Notes: generated by a model not told the origin, from the sequence alone. A stretch of 64,000 nt of DNA from an uncultured Planctomycetota bacterium (GCA_963823665.1 CAWGMQ010000004.1:256001-320000), one strand, 5' to 3'. Shown: positions 22,686-32,875, counted from the first letter of the stretch. Numbers and translations are program-made.

Positions 22686-22741
22686 GTAGGTCAGGCTTTA
22701 GCCTGACATTCCAAGTAGGTGAGCCTGAAAGCCTGACCTAC
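22686..22741. repeat. Doublet of GTAG-type REP hairpins between convergent genes
   Basis: GTAGGTCAGGCTTTAGCCTGAC, then GTAGGTGAGCCTGAAAGCCTGACCTAC (reverse complement GTAGGTCAGGCTTTCAGGCTCAC). Confidence 0.75.
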
Positions 22742-23433
22742 TTCGGACCGGTATCCCCCGGCGCGTCGACACGCTTCGAATGGAAGGGCGAGCCCGCCTG
22801 CGGCTTTTCGGTATGCGGCGACGATTTCGACGGCCCATCGTCGCGCAGCGCCGGCGCTTCATTTTCAGTCACTTGCGTCTCCACCCTGGTGAACTTGCGT
22901 TGATTTTCCACCGTTGCCCCGCTTTGCTTGAGCGCCTCGAGCAAACGATCCCACCGCTTGATCCCGGCTTCCACTTTCGCAAGCCGCGCCTTGAGTTTCT
23001 CCGCCTCTTCCTTCAGCGCCTTGAGCTGCGCATCAGCGAACTTGTGGTTGTGCTCGAGAAAGTCGCTGGCGACTTTCTCTGGATCCTCCGCTTCGAGCGG
23101 CGAGTGGTCGGGGCCAACGACCACAGGTGCCGGGGCAGGGGGGTCCACCAGCTTGAGAGCAGGTTCGCTTGCTGGCCCATCTGTCTCTCGCGGCAACTGC
23201 AAGGCGTCGGCGGAAACAGGAGCGGGCAAAGGCACGCCCGGCTCGCCCTTTGGTACTTCCGGTTTCGCCTCCGGAACAGCCGCCTTGGGCTCTTCCGCCT
23301 TCCTGGCTGGCGGCGGCGAATCCTGACTGCCGCTCTGAGCAATCGAAATACGACCCGCCCAGCCAACCAGACACAGGCCACTCACAACACAGCAAAGAGC
23401 CAGTTTCGGCCCGAACTTCCAGGCGGTCGACAT
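22738..23433 (-). CDS. Exported Pro-rich/coiled-coil hypothetical protein
   Basis: GGAGG RBS, signal peptide, heptad LKALKEEAEKLKARLAKVEAGIKRW. Confidence 0.7.
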   Translation of the reverse strand: MSTAWKFGPKLALCCVVSGLCLVGWAGRISIAQSGSQDSPPPARKAEEPKAAVPEAKPEVPKGEPGVPLPAPVSADALQLPRETDGPASEPALKLVDPPAPAPVVVGPDHSPLEAEDPEKVASDFLEHNHKFADAQLKALKEEAEKLKARLAKVEAGIKRWDRLLEALKQSGATVENQRKFTRVETQVTENEAPALRDDGPSKSSPHTEKPQAGSPFHSKRVDAPGDTGPK

Positions 23434-23529
23434 GATGCGCCTCCGTTGCACAAGAATACTGGGTCAAGCTCCGCTTGTGCTGGAGTGTAACGTATCCTCG
23501 GTTTTCGGCCAATCCATTTAGCGGCGGCG

Positions 23530-23686
23530 TGTCTCACGACAATAGAAATGTCCGATCTTGACGCGATAGAAATGTCCGGTTCGAATAGACCCTTCACGGC
23601 AAAGCGCCAAGGAGGTTCCTATGGCGAGCCGGATCTCGATGAGCCAACGAGAGCGAGACGTGTTGAAGGTCATGAGTGCCGTTCTG
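23530..23686 (+). mobile_element. Truncated left end of an IS1202 (ISNCY)-like element
   Basis: TGT end, two ATAGAAATGTCC repeats (23542, 23566), GGAGG RBS, and ATG 23621 encoding MASRISMSQRERDVLKVMSAVL, a transposase-like N-terminus that is then cut off. Confidence 0.7.
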
Positions 23687-23688
23687 CC

Positions 23689-26433
23689 CTACTTCTTGAA
23701 CTCGCCCTTGTCGTAGCGAGCCCAGAATTCCGCCGCCGGCCAAACAGAGTTCCAGTCGATGCCGATCGTTTTGAGGCTCTTCATTTTGCGGAGCACATCG
23801 AAGCCCCTCGCGGTGATCTTCCCGGGGGTCAGGCGAATGTCTTCGAGCGTCAGGCCCTGTATCGGCGTCAGGTCGGACACCTTGCTCCTTACCAGATTCA
23901 GAGAATTGAGAGTCTTGAATTCCGCCACCTGGGCCAAACCCGCGTCGCTCACGGATGTGTCACTGAGGACGAGAACGGCCAGGTCCTTGCAGTTTCTGAT
24001 CTGCGCAAGACTCGCGTCGCCCACCTTCGTGCCATGACAGTTGAGATGAGTGAGCGGCATCCCATTGAGCGGCGAGAGGTCGGACACGTTCGTGAAGCTG
24101 GCGTTCAGATACGTTAGCTTCATGCCCGCCAGCGGCGACAAATCGGAGACCCGCGTCGCAACGATGTTGAGCGTAGCCAGTGGCATGCCCTTCAAGGGCG
24201 AGAGGTCGGCCACCCTCGTGTTCTCGAGGCCCAATGATTCGACCCTCATGCCCTTGAGAGCCGCCACGTCCTCGACCTTCGTCCCGCCGATGTCCAGGGT
24301 TTCTAGCGGCATTCCCTCGAGCGAGGAGATGTCGGCAACCTTCGTGGCGGCAATGTGGAGAAAACTCAGCCTCATCCCCTCGAGCGGCGACAGATCGAAG
24401 ACCAGCGTGTCATAGGTCGACAAGCTCGTGAGAGGCATCCCTCGCAGCGGTGTGAGGTCGGACAGTTGTCCTTTGACAACGATGAGCGTGTTCAAAGGCA
24501 GCCCGGACAGGGGCGACAAGTCCGTGAGCGAGCTCTTGTGAACTCCCGTTCCGGAAAGCTTGAGAGACCTCAACCTTGAAAGCACGCGCAATGGCGTGAT
24601 GTCGGTTATGGCATCCGTGTCGAGCTCCAGTTCCCTGACTACGCGGTTCTCGATGGTGGGCCGAAGAGCGCCATCGAACCCGGGATTGAGCTCTTTCAAG
24701 CGAACGCTCAAAGCCTTCACCTGCTCCCCGGCCGAGAGCGCGTTGACAGCGCGCTCCCAAGCCAGCGCGTCGGCTGACCGCGGCGCGGGCTTCGCTGCGG
24801 GCGTCGCCGGCTCCCGGCTCACTCGCACGACGCGCCGGCCGTTTTTCGTGACCGTCACCAGTTCCTGCTTCACCAGCTTGCCATTCCTGGTGGCCTCGAC
24901 CATGTAATTGCCGGGCGTCAGGCGGATTTCCCTGGCGCCTGCTCCCGTGATGACGATATCCGACCCCTCGATCTTGACGCTGACACCGGGGTCGTCGACT
25001 TCGACAACCAGTGTCCCCTCTGGAGAGAAGAGGCGAATCACGGTGCCGTGGAAATCGGTGACGCCGGTCGCTTCCGTGAGGCCCAGGGATCCGAAGAGCG
25101 TCACCAGTACGGCCGCCGCGACCGCCCAGCGACGCTTGAAAAACTTGAGCCATCGCGTCGCCGGCCGGGGTTTCGGGATTTCCTTGGGCGGAGGCGCCTT
25201 CGCCTCCCCCGACTTCGGGACATCCGGAACCGGCGGGATCGTGCCCAGCCCCCGGAGCTCAGCCAAACGTTCCGCGAACAGTTCCGCCAGGTCTTGCGCC
25301 GAGGTGATCCGGTCCGCCGGGTTCTTGGCGTGCAGGACCGAGATCAGCTCGCAGAGCCACTCGGGGACCTCCGGGATGATCTCCCGGATCGGGCGGGGTG
25401 TGTCTTCCACGACGCGTTTGAGCACGGCCATCGTGTTCGCGGCCCGGAACGGCGGGCGGCCGCTGCACATCGTGTAGAGCACGCTGCCCAAACTGAAGAG
25501 GTCGGCCCGCTGGTCGATCGGCTCCCCTTGCGCCTGCTCGGGAGCCATGTACATCGGCGTGCCCGCGACGTATCCCGACTGCGTGATGCTGGCGTCGTCG
25601 GCCGCGCGGGCCAGGCCGAAGTCGGTGATCTTCACGTGCTCGATGCCGTCTTCGAGCAGGATATTGCCCGGCTTGATGTCGCGGTGGATCAAGCCCATCG
25701 CGTGCGCCGCGGCCAGACCGGCGGCGATTTGCCCGCCGATCTTGAGCACGTCGGGTAGCTCCAGCGGACCGGTCGCCTCGAGCTTCTGCTGCAAGGTTCG
25801 TCCCGCGATGTAATCCATCACGAGATAGGGGATCGGCTGGTCTTCGACCGCATAGATGGCGATTATATTCTCGTGGCGGACGGCCGCCGCCGTCCGCGCT
25901 TCACGCAGAAACCGCTTGCGGGGCGCCGAGGTCGCGGCCAAAAGCGGGGACATGAGCTTGATGGCGACGAGCCGATGCAGCTTCTCGTCGAACGCCTTCA
26001 CCACCGTCCCGAAGCCGCCGTTTCCGAGAACCTCCAGCACCTGAAATTGCGCCAGCCGGCCCAGCGAGCCGGGCTTCTCCGAGGGCTGCAGGAAGCTCAG
26101 GGCGCTCTCCACGTCGTCGCCTCGCTCTTGGCCGAGCCTCTCGTTCAGCTCGGTCCTTGCCCCGCGATCGCGCGGGCCTCTTTCCTCCTGGCCGCTCGCG
26201 GGAGCGAGACTCGTCATGTCGGCAGTGGCAGCGTCCGTGTCGAACTGCCCGCAATCGACGGCGGGCTCGGCCAGGAAGTCCATCGCCTGCGGATGGGACT
26301 CCAGCAATCGTTCGACCTTGAAGCGAAGCACCGGGTCAGCTCCACAGGCTTGGTCCAGATAATCTGCCCGCTCCGCCGCCTTCTTCTCGAGCGCGGCGAA
26401 GAAGATCGACTCGACCTGCGAAGGGCTGCTCAT
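23689..26433 (-). CDS. Ser/Thr protein kinase with a TM helix and C-terminal leucine-rich repeats
   Basis: LGNGGFG, VAIK, HRDIKPGN, TDFG, GTPMYMAPEQ; TM WAVAAAVLVTLFG; repeats of VSDLSPLxGMxL. Confidence 0.93.
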   Translation of the reverse strand: MSSPSQVESIFFAALEKKAAERADYLDQACGADPVLRFKVERLLESHPQAMDFLAEPAVDCGQFDTDAATADMTSLAPASGQEERGPRDRGARTELNERLGQERGDDVESALSFLQPSEKPGSLGRLAQFQVLEVLGNGGFGTVVKAFDEKLHRLVAIKLMSPLLAATSAPRKRFLREARTAAAVRHENIIAIYAVEDQPIPYLVMDYIAGRTLQQKLEATGPLELPDVLKIGGQIAAGLAAAHAMGLIHRDIKPGNILLEDGIEHVKITDFGLARAADDASITQSGYVAGTPMYMAPEQAQGEPIDQRADLFSLGSVLYTMCSGRPPFRAANTMAVLKRVVEDTPRPIREIIPEVPEWLCELISVLHAKNPADRITSAQDLAELFAERLAELRGLGTIPPVPDVPKSGEAKAPPPKEIPKPRPATRWLKFFKRRWAVAAAVLVTLFGSLGLTEATGVTDFHGTVIRLFSPEGTLVVEVDDPGVSVKIEGSDIVITGAGAREIRLTPGNYMVEATRNGKLVKQELVTVTKNGRRVVRVSREPATPAAKPAPRSADALAWERAVNALSAGEQVKALSVRLKELNPGFDGALRPTIENRVVRELELDTDAITDITPLRVLSRLRSLKLSGTGVHKSSLTDLSPLSGLPLNTLIVVKGQLSDLTPLRGMPLTSLSTYDTLVFDLSPLEGMRLSFLHIAATKVADISSLEGMPLETLDIGGTKVEDVAALKGMRVESLGLENTRVADLSPLKGMPLATLNIVATRVSDLSPLAGMKLTYLNASFTNVSDLSPLNGMPLTHLNCHGTKVGDASLAQIRNCKDLAVLVLSDTSVSDAGLAQVAEFKTLNSLNLVRSKVSDLTPIQGLTLEDIRLTPGKITARGFDVLRKMKSLKTIGIDWNSVWPAAEFWARYDKGEFKK

Positions 26434-26463
26434 GGTATCGCTCCGATCCCGGAAGGCCTGCCC

Positions 26464-26493
26464 TCAATGCGACGAATTCCCTCGGAACCCCTC
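26464..26493 (-). promoter_or_regulatory. Putative ECF promoter, copy A (GAGGGGTT-N12-GTCGCATTGA)
   Basis: 30 bp upstream of the STK-LRR ATG; same spacing as copies B-D. Confidence 0.5.
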
Positions 26494-26575
26494 GAGCGAG
26501 GGACGGATTCTACCACATCTGCGGGGATCTGAAACAAAGGTTCCTGACCCCTTTGTTCTGCCAGCTCGAATCGCT

Positions 26576-26992
26576 TCAACGGAGCCCCAAATGAATGTTG
26601 ATCGACTTGCCATCGAGATCGACACTCAGCATCCCATCCACCCCGCTCTTCGGGAAGAGGGGAAGCCCCGTCGGCGTGACCAAACCGTCGCCCTCGGCCT
26701 TGAGATCCACCTTCTTCTTCCCGACGGTGAGGGTTCCCGCAGCGGGCGATGGCGAATAAGGGGTGGTGCCGTCATTCCTGAGGAAGTAGAAGGAGATCTC
26801 GGCGCTGATCGGAGACCTCCCCGACACCTCCTTCTTGACAACTTCGACGTATCCCTGGCCGCCTGAAATGGCGATCCGGTTCCCTTTGTGGGGCGGAGGC
26901 GGTCCCGAATATGACGTCGAGGCAGGCCCCCCACCGCAACCGGCGAGAAGTCCAAGGAACACGAGACAACCCGAGCGCACGATCTTGAACAT
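26576..26992 (-). CDS. Lipoprotein accompanying a DUF1559 gene
   Basis: Lipobox LLAG|C; lies directly downstream of the DUF1559 gene. Confidence 0.75.
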   Translation of the reverse strand: MFKIVRSGCLVFLGLLAGCGGGPASTSYSGPPPPHKGNRIAISGGQGYVEVVKKEVSGRSPISAEISFYFLRNDGTTPYSPSPAAGTLTVGKKKVDLKAEGDGLVTPTGLPLFPKSGVDGMLSVDLDGKSINIHLGLR

Positions 26993-27139
26993 CGAAGAAG
27001 TCCTCTCACCGCAGGGGGCGAATAAAACCGTTTCAGTGGGAAGGCGGAAGCATGATGGAAACAGCATTGTCTCGGGGACGGAGGAGTCTCACTTCATCCG
27101 CGGATCGACGAGATCCGCCGGCTTCGAGGTCAACGATCC

Positions 27140-28273
27140 TCAGTACGAATCGGAGCTGATCACCTCGCCGCCGGCTCGCGTCGAGAGCTGCTGGTAGACG
27201 CCGAGGCTCGCGCCGTTGTTGACGAGGTAGTGGCCCGTCTTCGAGTAAGGAGCCGTCGCGGCAATGGACTGGTAAAGCGTGCCGTCCGGCATGGAGTCGC
27301 CGGAGCCGTCGTTATTGCCGGTGTTGAAAGTCCAGGAGCTGATGGAATTCTTGATGAAGTGCACGGAACCGTCGCAGCAAGCGAAGTTCGCACCACCGGG
27401 GTGGAAGCTCCCTGCCGCCGTCGGGCCGAAGTATCCGTAGCCGGAGCTGCCGATCGGCAGACTGTTTCCCATCCCGATGTTAAGAGGATAGAGCGTCGCG
27501 AACAGGCTGTCGTACCAGCGGCCGGAGTTCCACGCGTTGTCCGAGATGGCATAGGCCGGATCCACGATGAACAGGTGCCCCTTGCTGTGCTCGGCGAACA
27601 GGAAGGTGTTGCTGGTGCCGTCGGTGATGCTCGCGATCTTGACGGAGCTGTCGTTGTAGATAACGCCGGTGTAATACGGCAGTGGAGTGGGCGGCATCAG
27701 ATTGGAGAAGCCGAAAGTCCAGGTGCCCGCATTGCCGCCGTAGCTGGTGAATGCCTGGGTCCAGTTGCCGGGCGGCAACGGATACACCTCATTGAAACTC
27801 CATCCGGGTGTGACGCCAGAGGACGCCTGCGTCGCGGGGAGGGCGATCGTCTGGTTCTGTGTGTCGCTCGGGCAGATCAGCGAGTTGATCTGCACGCCGG
27901 CAATCGTCAGGTTGCCCGGGTCGGATGAGCAGAGGTTGAAATTGGCCGCGTTGTACATCGGTGCTTGCTCGAAGAACGGCAGCATGCGAGCGAAGCAACT
28001 GAAGTTCTCCGGATACGTGGCCCAGTGAGGGGGGTTGAACATTGTGCCCGAATACGATCCGCCGGGGAAGCAGCCGTTGGTCGACTCGTAGTTCATGGCG
28101 GCCAGGGCGATCTGCTTCAAGTTGTTGGTGCACTGGGAGCGGCGCGCGGCCTCACGGGCCGCTTGCACCGCCGGCAACAAGAGGGCGATCAAGACGGCTA
28201 TGATCGCAATCACGACCAGGAGTTCGATCAGCGTGAAACCACGCACGAGACGGGGCGTCGAAGTGGAGGTCAT
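27140..28273 (-). CDS. DUF1559 (SBP_bac_10) protein with prepilin-type N-terminal methylation motif and H-X9-DG motif
   Basis: [68 protein letters not shown]. Confidence 0.95.
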   Translation of the reverse strand: MTSTSTPRLVRGFTLIELLVVIAIIAVLIALLLPAVQAAREAARRSQCTNNLKQIALAAMNYESTNGCFPGGSYSGTMFNPPHWATYPENFSCFARMLPFFEQAPMYNAANFNLCSSDPGNLTIAGVQINSLICPSDTQNQTIALPATQASSGVTPGWSFNEVYPLPPGNWTQAFTSYGGNAGTWTFGFSNLMPPTPLPYYTGVIYNDSSVKIASITDGTSNTFLFAEHSKGHLFIVDPAYAISDNAWNSGRWYDSLFATLYPLNIGMGNSLPIGSSGYGYFGPTAAGSFHPGGANFACCDGSVHFIKNSISSWTFNTGNNDGSGDSMPDGTLYQSIAATAPYSKTGHYLVNNGASLGVYQQLSTRAGGEVISSDSY

Positions 28274-28405
28274 GGATCCGGGCTCCTCACGGTAGGGGAT
28301 CACGTACTTCCCGACACCGATTGCGATCGGGATCGGCAGGACGCACGGGACAAAAGAGAAACGGCTGATTCTCCGGACAGACATCGTCGGTCGTGGATGG
28401 ACCTT

Positions 28406-31400
28406 TCATCTCCCATCCACCGGCCGTGATTTCCAGGCCAGGAAAACGTCTCGATAGTGGTCGGGGTCCTTCCGGAACGTGGATTGATCGACGAACTCAA
28501 CACCCTCGGTGAGGTCGATCTGTTGCCCGGTCAGCAGACGCATCAGCGCCTTCGAGTCGACGAAGGGGACGTCGAACCGAGGGAGCGGAAACGTGAGCGT
28601 CTCGGCTCCCACGACCGCATTCAAAGACCGGCCGGCGGCGTCGAACCACAGGGCCGCCGGCCTGGTTCGGTTGCCGTAGGGAATGGTGAGGAGCCGCTCG
28701 CCCCGTTCCACGTCGAACATGCGGAAGCCGTAGACGTAGTCGTCTACCGCCAGCCGCCGGCTATCGGGGACGGCCTGGCGGCCAGCAACCCGATCGCCCC
28801 CGGCGCGGTCGTCGTACACCGCCAACCGCCGGCCATCCGGGCTCACGCCGATCGCCAACTGTCCGCCCGGCTGGCTGACCGCCGGGCCGAGCGGGATGCC
28901 CGTGTCCGCGTCATACATCCGAGCCTGACCGTCACTCGAAGCCAGCAGGACTCGTCGTCCGTCGTCCGAGAACTGCACCTTCCGGAGATATCCCCGGAAC
29001 CTCCGGTTGTGGTGGACGATCGCGCCGGTGTCGACGTCCCAGACGGTCAGCGTGCCGGTCGACTCGATCGCGACCGCCAAGCGGCGTCCGTCGGGAGAGA
29101 CGGACGCATCGCTCACCCACCTTGCACGGCTCGGCTGCTCGAATACCTGCGGGCCGGGGTCCGGATGACGGGTCGGGCCGAACACGCGCCGGCCGGCCGT
29201 CAGGTCCCACACGGAGAGCGTCTTCTCGTCATCCAGGCAGACGATCCGCGTCCCGTCCCGGGACAGGTTAACCGGCCGGAGCATTTCCGGCGTTAACCTG
29301 GTATTCTCGCGCGGATCGGCCGGGATGGCGGCGGCGACCGGCGGACTGGACGAAATGCGGGTGTTCCAGCGCCAGCGCGGATCGATCAGCGTGGCTGCCG
29401 CCACGACCGGCCCGGCCGGGGCGACGGTTTCAGGGTCCCACGCCCGGATGGCTCGACCGCCGGAAACGACCAGCCGCGAGCCATCGTCACTGAAGCGAGC
29501 CCCGTCGACCGAGCCGGGGTGAGAGATCGGGCGCGGCGCGACGTTCGGCCCCGAGCCATACCACGCTTTCCCGTCATTCGTCCATTCCACCCAGCGCCGC
29601 GCGTCCGGGCTGTAAGACCGGAATGTCGATTGGTCCGTCATAACCGTGACCAGGAGGTTCGCGCGTCCGCAGTCGTATCGATAGGGGTGGGAGGGCGGAG
29701 TGCGCGGCCCTGTGGCCCAGACCCGCACGGTGCCATCCTGGCTGGCCGCCAGGTACCGGGAGCTGTCCGCGGTGAATACGACCGCGCTACAGAAGTCGCC
29801 GCACCGCTGCGGCGGACCGGCACGCAGACCAGTGGCCGCGTCCCACAGGCTGACCAGGCCCCCGCTGCTGCACGTGAGCAGCCATTTGCCATCCGGGCTG
29901 ACCGCGCCGAGGTTCGCTTCCCGCGGATGAGACAACTCGTGAACGACCTGGCCGTGCTTGAGCTCGACCACCAACGCCACATTGGTATTTCCGGTCACCA
30001 GCACCCGGTCGGTATTGGGCACGAAGTACGTCTCGACCACCCAGTATCTCGTGCCGAAGGGGATTTTCCGCACGGCGTCCTTCTCGCCGCCCGCCCACAC
30101 TTCCAATCCCCTGCCGTCGGAGCTGAGCACGGCCCGGCCATCCGGCGCGAATTTGGGCCAGCTATCCTGGTTGAACGCGTAACGCTCGGTGTCCGTCGGC
30201 TGCCGGTAGGAGAGCGTCGGCGAGATGGCCTTCGGCGGATCGACATCCCAGACCCGGACGAGCTTATCCCGGCCGGCGGTGAGGAGCCGGGACCCATCGG
30301 AGGAGAACGCCAGATGCTCGATCACCATGTCGACGGGCAACCGCCAGGCGATCGGCTTTCCGTCGATGGCGGACCACATCCGCACCGTCCTGTCCTCGGC
30401 GGCGGTCGCCAGTCGCTTGCCGTCGGGGTGGAACGCGACCCAGGTCAGCGGGCCGTCGTGTTTCAGGGTGTATCGCCTGGCCCCGTTGGCCGAATCCCAG
30501 ACGCACGCGGTGCCATCGGCCGATGCCGTGGCGACCGACTTCCCGTCGGGACTGTACGCGATGTGCCGCACCCGGCCGGCGTGCGACAGGGCTGGCGCGG
30601 CGAGCCGGCTGCTCTCGTAATCCCACAGATAAGCCTCGTTCCCGTCGGTCCGGGTGAGGACGCGCCGTCCGTCCGGCGAGAAGACGGCGTCGCAAACCTT
30701 CGTCTTGTGGAAACACGCCCCGACCAGGTCGGGCATCTCGGCGAGTGCCCCGGCGATCCGCGTCCGATGAGCGGCGTCGGCCGACGGGTCGGCATGGTCC
30801 TGCTCCCACGCCCGGTGGAACCAGAGGAGGGCCGCAGTGATGTCGCGGTCGTCCTGGTATCGGACGCCGGAGAAGACGTAGAGACGCGTCAGTCGTTTCC
30901 GCGCCTCCTCGGCCGATTCCTCGGCGGCCCGACGCGCGATGGAGGCTCGGACCGAGGCGGTCTCGGCGTCTTTTCGCGCGCGGGTCGCCTCGCGCTCCCG
31001 GTCAACCGCCGTGCCGCGCTCGTTCTCCGCGCGAACGGCGTAGAACGATGCAAACCCGGCCCCGGTGAGCGTCGCGAGCAAGACCGCCGCGACCAGCGAT
31101 GCAACGGCGGGGTTTCGCCGGCACCACCGCACGGTTTGCTCGGTCAGGGTCGCGCGACGGGCCCGGATCGGCTCGTCGACGAGGAACCGCCCCAGGTCTT
31201 CGCCGAGCGCCTCGGCCGATGGGTACCGCGTCTTCGGGTCCTTCTCGATCGCCTTCAAGACGATCGTCTCCAAGTCCCGCGGGATCCGAGCATCGATGGC
31301 CCGCGGCCGCTCCGGTTCCTCGCCCTTGATCTGCTCGATCAGCCTGAGCCGGTCCGAGCAGTCGAATCCCGGGCGCAGGGTGAGTAGCTCGTAGAGCGTC

Positions 31401-32875
31401 ATCCCCAGTGAGTAGACGTCGGCCCGAGCATCCCCTTCACCCCGGAAGCGTTCGGGGGCCATGTAGCGAATCGTCCCCAGGATGTCGCCGCTCTGGGTCA
31501 GCCCTTCGTCTTCCGCCTTGGCCAGGCCGAAGTCGGCGATCCAGACGACCCCCTCGGTGTCGAGGAGCAAGTTCGCCGGCTTGATGTCGCGGTGGACGAT
31601 CCCTCGCGCGTGGGCGTAGGCCAAGCCCCCGGCGACCTGCCGGCCGATCTGCGCCAGGCTGCGGAAGAACCCGAGCCCACCCGAGTCGACCGAGGAGAGC
31701 TGGCTACCCCCGGGCAAGACCGCGGAGCTGGACGACGGGGAGAATTGCGATGAACCAAGGAGATGGTTTTTCGTGGTTGCCGGAGTCGGAGGCGTCGTCC
31801 CAGATCCGTTAACGTCCGGGTCGGCTTGAGGAACGCCCATGCGGAATTCTGCCTGGCCATCGAGCTCGTCAATTTCGCCTGCGGTCATACACTCGGTCCG
31901 GGTGTCCGCCACCACGACGTCGGATTTGGTTGCGCGATGCTTGGCCAGGATCGCCGTCGCGGTTGCGAGGTTTCCGTTGCGTGTGCTGCCCAGCATTGAT
32001 GGTGAGGCTTGCTCCGGCTCCGAGGTTCGGCCGCCAGGCTCGAAGCGGCCGATCAGAATGGTCCGCAACACCTCACTGACCTCGGCTCCCGCGGCCATTG
32101 TCGGGGCTGCCATGGCCTGGCGCGAGCGCTCTCCGTGGCGGCGGGGCCGGAGCAACTGGCCCAGCGAGGCTGCCTTGGCTTTGTGCTCGGATCCCCCCTG
32201 GTCGCGGAGCTGCTGCAGCTCGGTGATGACCCGATCGAGGCCTTGGCCCTGGATGAACTGCATGGCGTAAAAGCGGACTTCCTCGTCCTGCCCCACCTCG
32301 AAGACCGGCACGATGTTGGTGTGATGGAGTCGTGCCGCGGCGCGGGCCTCGCGGCGGAATCGCTCCTGGACCAGCCGGTTGCCGGATGCTTGCTTGGGCA
32401 AGACCTTCAGCGCCACGCGACGGCCCAGCGAGATCTGCTCGGCCTCGTACACGACCCCCATCCCGCCCCGGCCGATCTCGCGGAGGATCCGGTAGTCGCC
32501 GATTTGGGCCAGGGGGGAATTCGCGGTCCGGGAATCCCCGGTCTCCTTCTCCTTCTCCTCCTCGACCTGTCGGCCGCCCTCGGCCTGCTCGACCTGGACC
32601 ATCGCCGGGAACAGCTCGCGGATCTCCTGGGCCAGCTCCGGGTAGCGATCGGGCGGGTGGGGTTCACGGTCGAGTGCGCCGCCCCCAGGACGTTCGACGG
32701 CAGGCCGGGCCATGAAATCGGCCGCCTGGGGATAGGCCATCAGGAGCCGTTCCACTCCACGGCGCAGCTCGGCATCGCCACCGCAGGCGTGATCGAGATA
32801 ATCGGCTCGCTCCGCCGTTGTCTTCTTGCCCAGCGCGGCAAAAAAGATCGACTCGACCGGTGACGAGGTATTCAT
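28406..32875 (-). CDS. Ser/Thr protein kinase with a TM-like segment and WD40 beta-propellers
   Basis: IGRGGMG, VALKVL, HRDIKPAN, ADFG, GTIRYMAPE; many SPDG...VRVWD repeats. Confidence 0.93.
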   Translation of the reverse strand: MNTSSPVESIFFAALGKKTTAERADYLDHACGGDAELRRGVERLLMAYPQAADFMARPAVERPGGGALDREPHPPDRYPELAQEIRELFPAMVQVEQAEGGRQVEEEKEKETGDSRTANSPLAQIGDYRILREIGRGGMGVVYEAEQISLGRRVALKVLPKQASGNRLVQERFRREARAAARLHHTNIVPVFEVGQDEEVRFYAMQFIQGQGLDRVITELQQLRDQGGSEHKAKAASLGQLLRPRRHGERSRQAMAAPTMAAGAEVSEVLRTILIGRFEPGGRTSEPEQASPSMLGSTRNGNLATATAILAKHRATKSDVVVADTRTECMTAGEIDELDGQAEFRMGVPQADPDVNGSGTTPPTPATTKNHLLGSSQFSPSSSSAVLPGGSQLSSVDSGGLGFFRSLAQIGRQVAGGLAYAHARGIVHRDIKPANLLLDTEGVVWIADFGLAKAEDEGLTQSGDILGTIRYMAPERFRGEGDARADVYSLGMTLYELLTLRPGFDCSDRLRLIEQIKGEEPERPRAIDARIPRDLETIVLKAIEKDPKTRYPSAEALGEDLGRFLVDEPIRARRATLTEQTVRWCRRNPAVASLVAAVLLATLTGAGFASFYAVRAENERGTAVDREREATRARKDAETASVRASIARRAAEESAEEARKRLTRLYVFSGVRYQDDRDITAALLWFHRAWEQDHADPSADAAHRTRIAGALAEMPDLVGACFHKTKVCDAVFSPDGRRVLTRTDGNEAYLWDYESSRLAAPALSHAGRVRHIAYSPDGKSVATASADGTACVWDSANGARRYTLKHDGPLTWVAFHPDGKRLATAAEDRTVRMWSAIDGKPIAWRLPVDMVIEHLAFSSDGSRLLTAGRDKLVRVWDVDPPKAISPTLSYRQPTDTERYAFNQDSWPKFAPDGRAVLSSDGRGLEVWAGGEKDAVRKIPFGTRYWVVETYFVPNTDRVLVTGNTNVALVVELKHGQVVHELSHPREANLGAVSPDGKWLLTCSSGGLVSLWDAATGLRAGPPQRCGDFCSAVVFTADSSRYLAASQDGTVRVWATGPRTPPSHPYRYDCGRANLLVTVMTDQSTFRSYSPDARRWVEWTNDGKAWYGSGPNVAPRPISHPGSVDGARFSDDGSRLVVSGGRAIRAWDPETVAPAGPVVAAATLIDPRWRWNTRISSSPPVAAAIPADPRENTRLTPEMLRPVNLSRDGTRIVCLDDEKTLSVWDLTAGRRVFGPTRHPDPGPQVFEQPSRARWVSDASVSPDGRRLAVAIESTGTLTVWDVDTGAIVHHNRRFRGYLRKVQFSDDGRRVLLASSDGQARMYDADTGIPLGPAVSQPGGQLAIGVSPDGRRLAVYDDRAGGDRVAGRQAVPDSRRLAVDDYVYGFRMFDVERGERLLTIPYGNRTRPAALWFDAAGRSLNAVVGAETLTFPLPRFDVPFVDSKALMRLLTGQQIDLTEGVEFVDQSTFRKDPDHYRDVFLAWKSRPVDGR

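Noticed and set aside
29519..31387. Long antisense ORFs (also 5932..7341, 20658..21818, 39653..41050 and others)
   Set aside because: Shadow frames of high-GC genes; Arg/Pro-rich with no motifs
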